Shown here in pieces: positions 1-8,741 of a DNA stretch of 64,000 nt (the first letter of the stretch is position 1; each line of letters opens with the position of its first letter). Under the pieces are notes generated by a model. It was not told where the DNA came from. It searched no databases and saw only the letters and a program-made list of their open reading frames with translations. The DNA lies in the NCBI GenBank assembly GCA_944320255.1, contig CALUGU010000002.1:10706-74705 (forward strand), in the 5' to 3' direction. A program made the position numbers and the translations under genes. The DNA comes from an uncultured Prevotella sp. Its GTDB lineage: Bacteria; Bacteroidota; Bacteroidia; Bacteroidales; Bacteroidaceae.

Positions 1-326
1 ACAAAATCGACGCCCGCCGAGGCGAGCACGAACCCCCAGCGGCTGCGCAGGTAGAGGCGGTTGTACCACGTGCCGAGAGTGATTTGACGGTGCAAAGGCC
101 TACGGCGGAACTTCCAATAATACACGCCGAAGCCTGCAAGCACGGCGAAGAATAAGCCACCGAAGACGCAACCAGAGAGTGCATCGTGGCCGTCAACCAC
201 GGCGGACACCACAGCCACGGCCACCATCACAAGCCCGACGGCGGTGTAAACCTTGCCTTCAAGCACGGGCGAGCACGTATATTTAACAATGTGCGCACCT
301 CCGTAATTCCTTCTGAAAAATCCCAT
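1..326 (-). CDS. Hypothetical membrane protein (3' end outside window), paralog of 349..891
   Basis: Not in the ORF track. ATG at 326 opens MGFFRRNYGGAHIVKYTCSPVLEGKVYTAVGLVMV...RQITLGTWYNRLYLRSRWGFV, which runs off the left edge; hydrophobic helices present. Confidence 0.7.
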   Translation of the reverse strand, partial: MGFFRRNYGGAHIVKYTCSPVLEGKVYTAVGLVMVAVAVVSAVVDGHDALSGCVFGGLFFAVLAGFGVYYWKFRRRPLHRQITLGTWYNRLYLRSRWGFVLASAGVDF

Positions 327-348
327 ATCGCCTTTGTTTACTGTAAAA

Positions 349-891
349 TCAATACCAATCCACCTCCTCGCGCGACGCCACGGGCGAACGGTAATACTCG
401 CGGAAGTCTACATATCGGCGCACAACGCTGTAAAGCATACAGATGAGCAACCAGCCCAACGCCGTGACGATATGGCGGACGCTGCCTGAAAACGTCGCCT
501 CATCATCGTCGAAAAACAGCGTGAGCACGGCTACCAAGGCCGAGTAACCGACAACGACGGCCACAAAACCCACGGGCACGAACCACCGGCCGAGGCGCAG
601 GTAGGCCTTATGCCACACGTCGCCGAGCGTAACGTTGCGCTCCACGGCGCCCTTACGGATGAAGAGGTTGTAAAGTCCGCCGAAGACTATGATGGCCAGC
701 ACTGCGTAAGACACAATCTCGCTGGTGCCCACCCACTTCCCTATCTCGTGGCAGCGGAGCAGCCACAGGGCCGTCATGGGCAGACCGAACAGCACGTCTA
801 CACGCCCCGACACCTTCGGGTCGGTGCTGAAAGACATCAGCTTCTTCTTCGACTTTTTACGTCTGAAAACAGCTTTCAAATCAATCATCAT
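349..891 (-). CDS. Hypothetical multi-pass membrane protein
   Basis: 180-aa ORF with about 4 hydrophobic segments; shares the RxxTLGxxWxxxYLRxxxxFV motif with 1..326. Confidence 0.7.
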   Translation of the reverse strand: MMIDLKAVFRRKKSKKKLMSFSTDPKVSGRVDVLFGLPMTALWLLRCHEIGKWVGTSEIVSYAVLAIIVFGGLYNLFIRKGAVERNVTLGDVWHKAYLRLGRWFVPVGFVAVVVGYSALVAVLTLFFDDDEATFSGSVRHIVTALGWLLICMLYSVVRRYVDFREYYRSPVASREEVDWY

Positions 892-915
892 AATATCTTG
901 ATTATCAACATATTA

Positions 916-1000
916 CAAACGGCGTTGTAAAAAGCCGTCTTTTAGCCTGTAAAAGACGGTCTTTTGCGATGCAAGAGACGGCTTTTCGCAACGCCGTTTG
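916..1000. repeat. Nested palindromic intergenic element (AAAAG..CTTTT family)
   Basis: Perfect outer 12-bp IR CAAACGGCGTTG/CAACGCCGTTTG around AAAAGCCGTCTTTTT, AAAAGACGGTCTTTTG and AAGAGACGGCTTTT units. Confidence 0.8.
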
Positions 1001-1087
1001 CCAGTTATCGGAGAACGGGGAGGCTTGCGACGCGCCACGCATACACAACAACCGCATCGTGACAACGCAGGAACAACGCCGCGGCGT

Positions 1088-1172
1088 CAGCCCAATTATG
1101 AATTACGAATTGTGCATTATGAATTATCTTCCAGCCCAATTATGAATTATGAATTATGTATTGTGCATTACG
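1088..1172. repeat. AATTATG heptamer lattice, two 44-bp units
   Basis: CAGCCC-AATTATG-AATTA(C/T)G... starts at 1088 and again at 1132. Confidence 0.8.
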
Positions 1173-1179
1173 CATTAAA

Positions 1180-2151
1180 TCAATGATTTAAAGTGCCTGT
1201 GTTGACCACCGGCTGGGCCGTGTCGTCGCCGCAGAGCACCACGAGGAGGTTGCTCACCATGGCCGCCTTCTTGTCCTCGTCAAGCTCAACCACAGCCTCG
1301 GCGGAGAGCTTGTCGAGAGCCATCTTCACCATAGATACCGCACCCTCGACAATCTTCTCGCGTGCGGAGATTATCGCCGTGGCCTGTTGGCGGCGCAGCA
1401 TCACGGCCGCAATCTCCGGCGCATACGCCAAGTAGTTGATGCGCGCCTCAACGACCTCGATGCCGGCCATCGTCAGCCGCTCGTCGATCTTGGCCTCAAG
1501 CTCCTTGTTAATCTCGTCGCTGCCGCCGCGGAGGGTAAGCTCCTCGCCCTCAAGTTCGCCGTCGTCATAGGCGTACTGGCCGGCAACCTGGCGCAGGGCG
1601 GCCTCCGACTGTATGCGCACGAACTTCTCAAAGGCGTTCATTATGTTGGCCGTCTTCGCCCCGGCGGCGGCAGCGTCGGACGCGGCCTTTGACTCCGCCA
1701 TCGTCTGCGCGTCGATGTCGAACATCGCCTTGTACGTGTCTTTCAGCTTCCACACGAGCACCATGCCAATCATCACGGGGTTGCCCGTCTTGTCGTTCAC
1801 CTTTATCGGCTCGGCGTCAAGGTTGCGGGCGCGCAGCGAGAGCTTCTTAGCCGAGAGGAAGGGGTTCACCCAATGATACCCCGCACGGGTGAACGTGCCG
1901 CGGTACTTGCCGAAAAACATCATCACGCGGGCCTCGCCCGGCTCTATGAGCATAAAGCCCCCGCTGACGAAGAAGTTGGCGAACACCAGCACGCCGCCGA
2001 CCGTCCCGGCCGCGGCAGCCGCGCCACCGTCAAACGAAACGCAGGCAAGCACGATGAGCGCGATGCCCACGGCGTACATAAGCAGGTTGAAAACGAGCAT
2101 CCAAATGCCGTTAAGCGTGCGTCCTGAAAACGCAAATTCCTGGTTTTCCAT
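1180..2151 (-). CDS. SPFH/Band 7 (stomatin/HflC-like) membrane protein
   Basis: Two N-terminal TM helices, then FMLIEPGEARVMMFFGKY, KVNDKTGNPV and RLTMAGIEVVEARINYLAYAPEIAAVMLRRQQA typical of bacterial SPFH proteins. Confidence 0.9.
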   Translation of the reverse strand: MENQEFAFSGRTLNGIWMLVFNLLMYAVGIALIVLACVSFDGGAAAAAGTVGGVLVFANFFVSGGFMLIEPGEARVMMFFGKYRGTFTRAGYHWVNPFLSAKKLSLRARNLDAEPIKVNDKTGNPVMIGMVLVWKLKDTYKAMFDIDAQTMAESKAASDAAAAGAKTANIMNAFEKFVRIQSEAALRQVAGQYAYDDGELEGEELTLRGGSDEINKELEAKIDERLTMAGIEVVEARINYLAYAPEIAAVMLRRQQATAIISAREKIVEGAVSMVKMALDKLSAEAVVELDEDKKAAMVSNLLVVLCGDDTAQPVVNTGTLNH

Positions 2152-2281
2152 AATCTTTACGTGTTTTGATTAATGTCTTCTATGATATTATTTTGATATT
2201 ACAAAGATATGCAAATATATCGTTCGGCGCATCAACAGGGCGCAGGTTTTTGCAAACTTTAACATTAGACATCCCATCATA

Positions 2282-2326
2282 AATTATGAATTATGAATTA
2301 TGAATTATGAATTAAAACTATTTTTG
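2282..2326 (+). promoter_or_regulatory. ribD -7 promoter (TATTTTTG) preceded by (AATTATG)x4
   Basis: TAnnTTTG at 2319-2326, 4 nt before the ATG; four perfect heptamers at 2282-2309. Confidence 0.65.
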
Positions 2327-2330
2327 CAGT

Positions 2331-3350
2331 ATGGAACAATACGAAATCGACAGTATTTACATGCGCCGCTGCCTGCAACTGGCACGCAACGGACTGCAAA
2401 ACGCCAAGCCGAACCCGATGGTTGGGGCGGTGATAGTGAGCCGCGACGGGCGGATAATAGGTGAAGGGTACCACGTGAGGTGCGGCCAGGGACACGCCGA
2501 GGTGAACGCCTTCGCCTCGGTGAAGCCTGAAGACGAGGCTCTGCTGCCGTCGGCCACGATGTACGTGAGCCTTGAGCCGTGCGCCCATTATGGCCGCACG
2601 CCGCCCTGCGCCGACCTTATCGTAAGGAAAGGCGTGCGCCGCGTGGTGGTGGGTTGCATCGACCCGTTCGCCAAGGTGCAGGGTCTCGGCGTCAAGAAGC
2701 TGCAAGACGCCGGCGTGGACGTAACCGTGGGCGTGTTGGAACGCGAGTGCCTGGAGCTTAACAAGCGGTTCGTCACCTTCAACGAGGCACGAAGGCCGTA
2801 TGTTCTCGTGAAGTGGTGCCAGACCGTCCGCGGCTTCATCGACGACGTGGGCAGGCCGGCGATGCTGTCAACGCCGTTCACCCAGATGCTCTCGCACAAG
2901 CTGCGGGCCGAGTATGACGCCATACTCGTAGGCCGGGTGACGGCGGAGCGCGACAAGCCGCGCCTCAACGTGCGCCACTGGAGCGGGCCTGACCCGCTGC
3001 GGATTGTCATCGACCGCAACAACCCCTTCGACCCATCGGCCGACTTTTCGCGCCCCATAGTGCCGCAGGTGCTGAAATATCTGTACGACAAGGGCGTGCA
3101 GAGCCTCATCGTGGAGGGCGGGGCGAAGACGATACAGGGGTTCTTCGACTGTCCGAAAAGCTGGGACGAGATACGCGTGGAGACATCGCCGCAGGAGCAA
3201 ATACTGACCGGAACGCGCGCGCCAAGGCTGCCGGAGAACGCCAGCTTGGTGAGAAGCGAGAGGTACGGCGGCAACGAAATAAGGTGGTACAGGAACGAAC
3301 TGCCCAGGCTCGCAGGCTACTACCCAGAGTCATACGAGGTGAAAGACTGA
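2331..3350 (+). CDS. ribD: Bifunctional riboflavin biosynthesis deaminase/reductase RibD
   Basis: PNPMVGAV, HAEVNA and SLEPCAHYGRTPPC Zn-deaminase motifs; C-terminal reductase with LIVEGG. Confidence 0.95.
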   Translation: MEQYEIDSIYMRRCLQLARNGLQNAKPNPMVGAVIVSRDGRIIGEGYHVRCGQGHAEVNAFASVKPEDEALLPSATMYVSLEPCAHYGRTPPCADLIVRKGVRRVVVGCIDPFAKVQGLGVKKLQDAGVDVTVGVLERECLELNKRFVTFNEARRPYVLVKWCQTVRGFIDDVGRPAMLSTPFTQMLSHKLRAEYDAILVGRVTAERDKPRLNVRHWSGPDPLRIVIDRNNPFDPSADFSRPIVPQVLKYLYDKGVQSLIVEGGAKTIQGFFDCPKSWDEIRVETSPQEQILTGTRAPRLPENASLVRSERYGGNEIRWYRNELPRLAGYYPESYEVKD

Positions 3351-3377
3351 CGCCCTTGTCGCCGCCCTGTAATCGCT

Positions 3378-3500
3378 TGACTGTCAGGCTGTTTGCAAAG
3401 GCCATCTTTTACACGCTAAAAGATGGTCTTTTGCGTTGCGATTTGCCGTAAATCGCACGGCGTTTTGCCGTCTCTTGCAAAGCCGCCGACAACCGTATGA
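3378..3500. repeat. AAAAG..CTTTT family intergenic repeat
   Basis: AAAGGCCATCTTTT, AAAAGATGGTCTTTTG and GCCGTCTCTTGC units resembling 916..1000. Confidence 0.7.
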
Positions 3501-3587
3501 CTGAAAAAAACGGCGCGGCGGGGATGCGCAGAGCCGTTTTTTTCATTATTTTTGCATCATCATTAGACTAAAGACAAAGGTAAGAGG

Positions 3588-4595
3588 ATGGAAATAAACT
3601 ACAAAATACAGTTCCCCGAAATGATGAAGGGGAAGAAGATACTCTACGTGCACGGCTTCGCCTCGTCGGGACAGTCGGGCACGGTGGCGAAAATCCGCGA
3701 GATGCTTCCCGGCGCAACGGTCATAGCCCCCGACCTGCCCGTACACCCGGAGGAGGCCATCGCCCTGCTCAAGGACACCTGCGAGGCCGAACGCCCCAAC
3801 CTCGTCATCGGCACGTCGATGGGCGGGATGTACGCCGAAATGCTCTACGGCTATGACAGGATATTAGTGAACCCGGCGTTCCAGATGGGCGAGACGATGC
3901 TCAAGCACGGAATGGTGGGCAAGAACACGTTCCTCAACCCGCGGCAGGACAGCGTGCAGGAGTTCATAGTAACCAAGGCTCTGGTGGAGGAATACAAGGA
4001 GGCGACGGCCCGGTGCTTCTCCGCCGTGACGCCGGAGGAGCGCGACAAGCGCGTCTACGGCCTGTTCGGCGACGAAGACCCGGTGGTGCACACGATGGAC
4101 ATCTTCACCGAACATTACCGCAACGCCGTCAGCTTCCACGGCGAGCACCGCATGAACGACAAGATACTGCTGCACTCCGTCATCCCCGTAGTGCGCTGGA
4201 TTGACGACCGCCAGGAGGGCCGCGCGCGACCGATAGTCTACATCGGCATCGACGCCCTGCGCGACGCCCGCGGCAACCAGCAGTCGAGCGCGATGAAGGC
4301 GTACACCTTCCTGCTTGAGTTTTACGACGTCTACATCGTAGCCCCGTCGCCCACGAACGCGCCGGACTACGTGGCGGGCGTGGCCGAATGGGCGCAGCGG
4401 ACGGTCAACGTGCCGGCGTGGAACCACGTGGTGTTCACCAACCGCAAGGACCTTCTTTACGGCGACTACCTCATCGACCCGTCAGACGACTTCGGGGCGG
4501 CCGACTTCGTTGGCACGCGCGTGCGCTTCGGCGACGACACTTTCAAGACGTGGGAGGAGATAATAGAGTTCTTCGGCAGGCTGGGAGGACAGTGA
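3588..4595 (+). CDS. YqiA/YcfP-like alpha/beta hydrolase fused to a degenerate 5'(3')-deoxyribonucleotidase-like HAD domain
   Basis: YVHGFASS, GTSMGG nucleophile elbow, DEDPVV, HGEH; C-terminal VFTNRKDLLYGDYLID...FGDDTFKTWEEI as in NT5C-type HADs. Confidence 0.8.
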   Translation: MEINYKIQFPEMMKGKKILYVHGFASSGQSGTVAKIREMLPGATVIAPDLPVHPEEAIALLKDTCEAERPNLVIGTSMGGMYAEMLYGYDRILVNPAFQMGETMLKHGMVGKNTFLNPRQDSVQEFIVTKALVEEYKEATARCFSAVTPEERDKRVYGLFGDEDPVVHTMDIFTEHYRNAVSFHGEHRMNDKILLHSVIPVVRWIDDRQEGRARPIVYIGIDALRDARGNQQSSAMKAYTFLLEFYDVYIVAPSPTNAPDYVAGVAEWAQRTVNVPAWNHVVFTNRKDLLYGDYLIDPSDDFGAADFVGTRVRFGDDTFKTWEEIIEFFGRLGGQ

Positions 4596-4605
4596 GCAAA
4601 TTAAA

Positions 4606-4750
4606 AATGAACAATTAAAAATGAATAATGAATAATCTGTCGATGGTTGAATGAACAATTAAAAATGAATAATGAATAATCTGTCGATGGTTGAATGAAC
4701 AATTAAAAATGAATAATGAATAATTTGCCAATGATTGAATGAACAATCTA
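4606..4750. repeat. 44-bp tandem repeat x3 (five heptamers + 9 nt)
   Basis: AATGAACAATTAAAAATGAATAATGAATAATCTGTCGATGGTTG at 4606 and 4650, variant at 4694; inverted heptamer tract at about 4820-4850. Confidence 0.9.
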
Positions 4751-4861
4751 AGAATAAACAATGTACAATTAAATGAAAACCATCAGCCATACATAATTAC
4801 CCAACAAACCGCAAATGGATTTTTCATTATTCATTTTTCATTATTCATTAAATAATTTATT

Positions 4862-7800
4862 ATGAATTACTTATATTCCCGCATCGCCGAGATTGTAGGC
4901 CTTTACGGCACGGTGAAGCCCGCCACGCTCAACAAGATGGCGCATGAGACGCTCGTGCTCGCTTGCCACGAGGGGCTGCGCGGCAGCGGACAGGCTTACG
5001 GCAACTTGTTCTCGCAGGTGGATTTCCTATGCCGGAAATGCAGCGTGAGGCTTGCCGACAGGGTGCAGATACAGGCCATGCGCCGCCACACCAACCGTGC
5101 GGAAGCCGTCGGCAGGGACGATTTCATGTATGATATGCGCGCCCTCTGCCGCTTCGTCTCCGCCGTGACGGGCAGCGACGTGCCCGGAGAACTGCTGCGG
5201 CTGCTGCCCGCCAACGACCGCCCGCACGCCAAGGCCGAGGGCCTGGACGTGCTATATGTGCGCTGCATAGTGAGGGAAGAGGCCGGCGGTTACGTCTACG
5301 TGACGGCGGAAAAGGGGCTGCAAGGGCGGCTCTTGGCCGTTGACATCTCGTCGGACGACCTCGCCTACCTGCGCAAGATGGTGCACGAGGGGACGCAACT
5401 GAACCTCCTCGACTGCAAAATCAGCGACGCCGCGGCGGGCACGGAACCTGCCGCGAAGGGCGCGGAGCAGGTGGTCACGCCAGGACTTGTGGTGTTCGAG
5501 CCTGACTACCTGATAGACATCAGCTCGTTGGCGGCGTGCTTTAAGGACTACGGACACCATCCCCTGACTTACACCTTGGAACGGATGCGCCCCAAGGCGG
5601 GCAGCCAAGCCATACTGTTGGGAAACCTCGCGGGCGCCGTGCTGGACGGCATCGTCAACGACGGAGAGGCGTTCAGCCTGACCGGAACAATGCGTTCAAA
5701 CTTCGCCGAGAAGGCTCTTGAGTACTGCGCGTGCAAGAATTTCGACGCCGCGCAGTTCAAAGAGGACATCAAGGCGCAAACGGACAACATACGCGAGGCC
5801 GTCAACGTGATGTTCGCCGACCACGACCGCCGGCTCGCCGTGCTCGAACCGTCGTTCGTCTGCGAACGCCTCGGCCTGCAAGGGCGCGTTGACCTGATGA
5901 CGACTGACTTCCGCCTGCTCGTGGAACAGAAGTCGGGCAAGAACCGCAACATCGGGAACGGACGCCCCGGAAACCACGGCAGCTACCACCTTGAGCCGCA
6001 TTACGTGCAGCTGTTGCTCTATTACGGCATCATGAGATACAACTTCAACCTCGGCTTCAACCACACGGACATACGCCTGCTTTACTCCAAATACCCGCCG
6101 GCGCAGGGTCTCATGGCCGTGGTTTTTTACCGCAAGCTGTTCCGCGAGGCGTTGGAACTGCGCAACAAGATTGTCGCCACCGACTTCATGATTGCCCGCA
6201 AAGGCTTCGGAAGGATACTTCCGCTGCTGACGCCGGAGACCATCAACGCGGCGAAACGCGACGACATGTATTACCACACGTGGCTGCTGCCGAGGATAGA
6301 GGAAGTCACCGCGCCCCTGAAAAGCCTCAACCCGCTGGAACGGGAGTACTTTTGCCGCATGGCGACGTTCGCCTACCGCGAGCAGCTGATAGGCAAAGTG
6401 GGGGCGCAGGAGGGCGTAACGGGATGCACGGCCGACCTCTGGAACATGCCGTTAGCCGAGAAGATAGAGACCGGCAACATATACACGGGACTGAAAATCA
6501 CGGCGAAGGAGGGCGGCGAAGACGGCGGCGCGCCCGACAAGCTGACGCTGCGCGTGCCGGGACAGGGCGAAAGTTTCCTGCCGAACTTCCGCCGCGGCGA
6601 CATGGTTTACCTCTACAGTTACCGCGAGGGGCGGGAACCTGACGTGAGAAACAGCCTGCTTTACCGCGCGAGCATAACCGAAGTGCGCACCGAGGAGATA
6701 AAAGTGGCGTTGCGAAACGGGCAGAAGAACCCGGCGATACTGGCCGTGCAGACCGACGGCGACGGCCTAAGATACGCCATAGAGCACGCCGGCGGCGACA
6801 CCGGAGCCGACGCCGCGCTGCGGAGCCTGTATGAGTTTGCCACCGCGCCGGCCGACCGCAAGGCCCTGCTGCTGGGCCAACGCGCCCCCCGGAGAGACGC
6901 CAGGGCGCGGCTCGCGAGGGCTTACAACGAGGCTTACGACGACATCCTGCTGGCCGCCAGGCAAGCCGAGGACTATTATCTGCTGATAGGCCCGCCCGGC
7001 ACGGGCAAGACTTCGATGGCCATAAGGTTCATTGTGGAAGAAGAATTAAGGCGCGCCGACGCCTCGATACTGCTCACGGCGTACACCAACCGCGCCGTTG
7101 ACGAGCTGTGCGCGATGCTCGCCGAGGCGGGCATCGACTACATCCGGATAGGCAGCGAATACAGCGCCGACCCGCGATGCAAGCCCAACCTGCTGTCTGA
7201 AAGGGTGAAGCGGAACCCGCGGCTGGACGACATCAGGGCGGCGATGGCTTCGGCGCGCGTGGTGACGGGCACCACGTCGATGATGGCGGCGCGGCCTTAC
7301 GTGTTCGACGTGAAGGAGTTTTCGCTGGCCGTGGTTGACGAGGCGTCGCAGATACTCGAACCGAACATCATCGGACTGCTGGCCGCCCACCGCGGCGACG
7401 GCGGCGGACAGGAGCGTTGCAGGATAAGGAAATTCATCCTCGTGGGCGACCACAAACAGCTGCCCGCCGTGGTGCAGCAGGATGAGCAGGCGTCAGCCAC
7501 GGACAGCCCGGCGCTGCGCGCGATGCACTTGGACAACTGCCGCAACTCGCTCTTCGAGCGTTTGCTGCGCACGGAGCGCGCCGCCGGGCGCACGGAGTTC
7601 ACGGGCGTGCTGCGCCGCCACGGCAGGATGCACCCCGACGTGGCCGCATTCCCCTGCCACGAGTTCTACACCTACGAGCGGCTAAGCCCCGTGCCCCTGC
7701 CCCACCAGCGGGAGACAACGCTGCACTACGCCCCCACCGGGCTGGCCGACAGCCTCGACAGCCTGCTCCACACGCGGCGCATGGTGTTCATCCCGTCGCT

Positions 7801-8290
7801 GCCGTGCCGACGGCCCGACCTCTCTGACAAGGTGAACACCGACGAGGCGGCCGTCGTGGCCGACGTGCTGCGCCGCATACGACTGATGACAGGCGACGAC
7901 TTCACGGCCGAACGCACCGTGGGCGTCATCGTGCCGTACCGCAACCAGATAGCCGTGATACGCAAAGAGATAGAGCTTACGGGCATGAAGGAGCTTGAGG
8001 CGGTGTCGATAGACACGGTGGAACGCTACCAAGGAAGCCAGCGCGACGTCATCATCTACTCGTTCACCGTGCAGCGCGAGTGGCAGCTTGAGTTCCTTGC
8101 GGGCAGCTGCTTCAGCGACGGCGGGCGCACCATCGACCGCAAGCTGAACGTCGCACTGACGCGCGCGCGCCGCCAGATGATAATGACGGGCAACCCCGGC
8201 GTGCTGTCAACGAACGCCGTCTTCCGTGAGCTTATCGGTTATGTGAAAAGCAAGGGCGGATACCTTGAACGCCAAGGCACAAACGCATAA
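4862..8290 (+). CDS. Dna2/Nam7-like SF1 helicase with N-terminal RecB/Cas4-like PD-(D/E)xK nuclease
   Basis: Nuclease: GRVDL...VEQKSGK and QLLLY. Helicase: GPPGTGKT, VVDEASQ, LVGDHKQLP, VIVPYRNQ, TVERYQGSQRD, RKLNVALTRAR. Confidence 0.85.
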   Translation: MNYLYSRIAEIVGLYGTVKPATLNKMAHETLVLACHEGLRGSGQAYGNLFSQVDFLCRKCSVRLADRVQIQAMRRHTNRAEAVGRDDFMYDMRALCRFVSAVTGSDVPGELLRLLPANDRPHAKAEGLDVLYVRCIVREEAGGYVYVTAEKGLQGRLLAVDISSDDLAYLRKMVHEGTQLNLLDCKISDAAAGTEPAAKGAEQVVTPGLVVFEPDYLIDISSLAACFKDYGHHPLTYTLERMRPKAGSQAILLGNLAGAVLDGIVNDGEAFSLTGTMRSNFAEKALEYCACKNFDAAQFKEDIKAQTDNIREAVNVMFADHDRRLAVLEPSFVCERLGLQGRVDLMTTDFRLLVEQKSGKNRNIGNGRPGNHGSYHLEPHYVQLLLYYGIMRYNFNLGFNHTDIRLLYSKYPPAQGLMAVVFYRKLFREALELRNKIVATDFMIARKGFGRILPLLTPETINAAKRDDMYYHTWLLPRIEEVTAPLKSLNPLEREYFCRMATFAYREQLIGKVGAQEGVTGCTADLWNMPLAEKIETGNIYTGLKITAKEGGEDGGAPDKLTLRVPGQGESFLPNFRRGDMVYLYSYREGREPDVRNSLLYRASITEVRTEEIKVALRNGQKNPAILAVQTDGDGLRYAIEHAGGDTGADAALRSLYEFATAPADRKALLLGQRAPRRDARARLARAYNEAYDDILLAARQAEDYYLLIGPPGTGKTSMAIRFIVEEELRRADASILLTAYTNRAVDELCAMLAEAGIDYIRIGSEYSADPRCKPNLLSERVKRNPRLDDIRAAMASARVVTGTTSMMAARPYVFDVKEFSLAVVDEASQILEPNIIGLLAAHRGDGGGQERCRIRKFILVGDHKQLPAVVQQDEQASATDSPALRAMHLDNCRNSLFERLLRTERAAGRTEFTGVLRRHGRMHPDVAAFPCHEFYTYERLSPVPLPHQRETTLHYAPTGLADSLDSLLHTRRMVFIPSLPCRRPDLSDKVNTDEAAVVADVLRRIRLMTGDDFTAERTVGVIVPYRNQIAVIRKEIELTGMKELEAVSIDTVERYQGSQRDVIIYSFTVQREWQLEFLAGSCFSDGGRTIDRKLNVALTRARRQMIMTGNPGVLSTNAVFRELIGYVKSKGGYLERQGTNA

Positions 8291-8294
8291 AAAC

Positions 8295-8361
8295 AAAAAA
8301 TGGGTCTCCGCTGAGACCCTCATTCCATTGTTAACCTTAAATCTAATACTATGAAAAACAC
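8295..8361 (-). ncRNA. Candidate small RNA with its own promoter and intrinsic terminator
   Basis: Minus-strand TACTTTTG at 8373-8366, body GTTTTTCATAGTATTAGATTTAAGGTTAAC, hairpin GGGTCTC/GAGACCC (8302-8319) followed by a U6 tail on the minus strand. Confidence 0.55.
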
Positions 8362-8489
8362 TGTGCAAAAGTAACAATTCCGTCGGAAACACGCTAATAT
8401 TATTCGATATTTTTATAAAAACACCGCAATTTATTGATTTATGTCAAAAGAACGGATGTAAATCAGTATTATCCCAGGCATAAAAAGGA

Positions 8490-8735
8490 GCTTCACTGCC
8501 GGCTATGCAAACCGTATGGAAGCCCCAGCCCGCACGTCTCCAAGCGGCAATCTGGCAGGCATCCGCAACCAACGGCTAACCCACTGACAGTCAGCCGCTT
8601 GGCCATTTGCCGCAAATCGCGTTGCAAAAGACGGCAAAACGGCGTGCGAAAGACGGCAAACGGGACGACAAAAGGCGGCATCTTGCAACGCAAAATGCCG
8701 CCTCTGCAAAACGCACGGATGGCCGTGCGCCAAAA
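8490..8735. repeat. AAAAG..CTTTT family intergenic repeat (long degenerate array)
   Basis: Phased AAAAGACGGC / AAAAGGCGGCATCTTG / AAAATGCCG units; shares CTGAC(A/T)GTCAGCCGCTTG with 53955..54125. Confidence 0.65.
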
Positions 8736-8741
8736 GCGTCA

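Noticed and set aside
4606-4750. 44-bp tandem repeats as a CRISPR array
   Set aside because: The units are contiguous with no unique spacers, are low-complexity heptamers, and no cas genes are present; the adjacent nuclease-helicase lacks Cas3/HD features.
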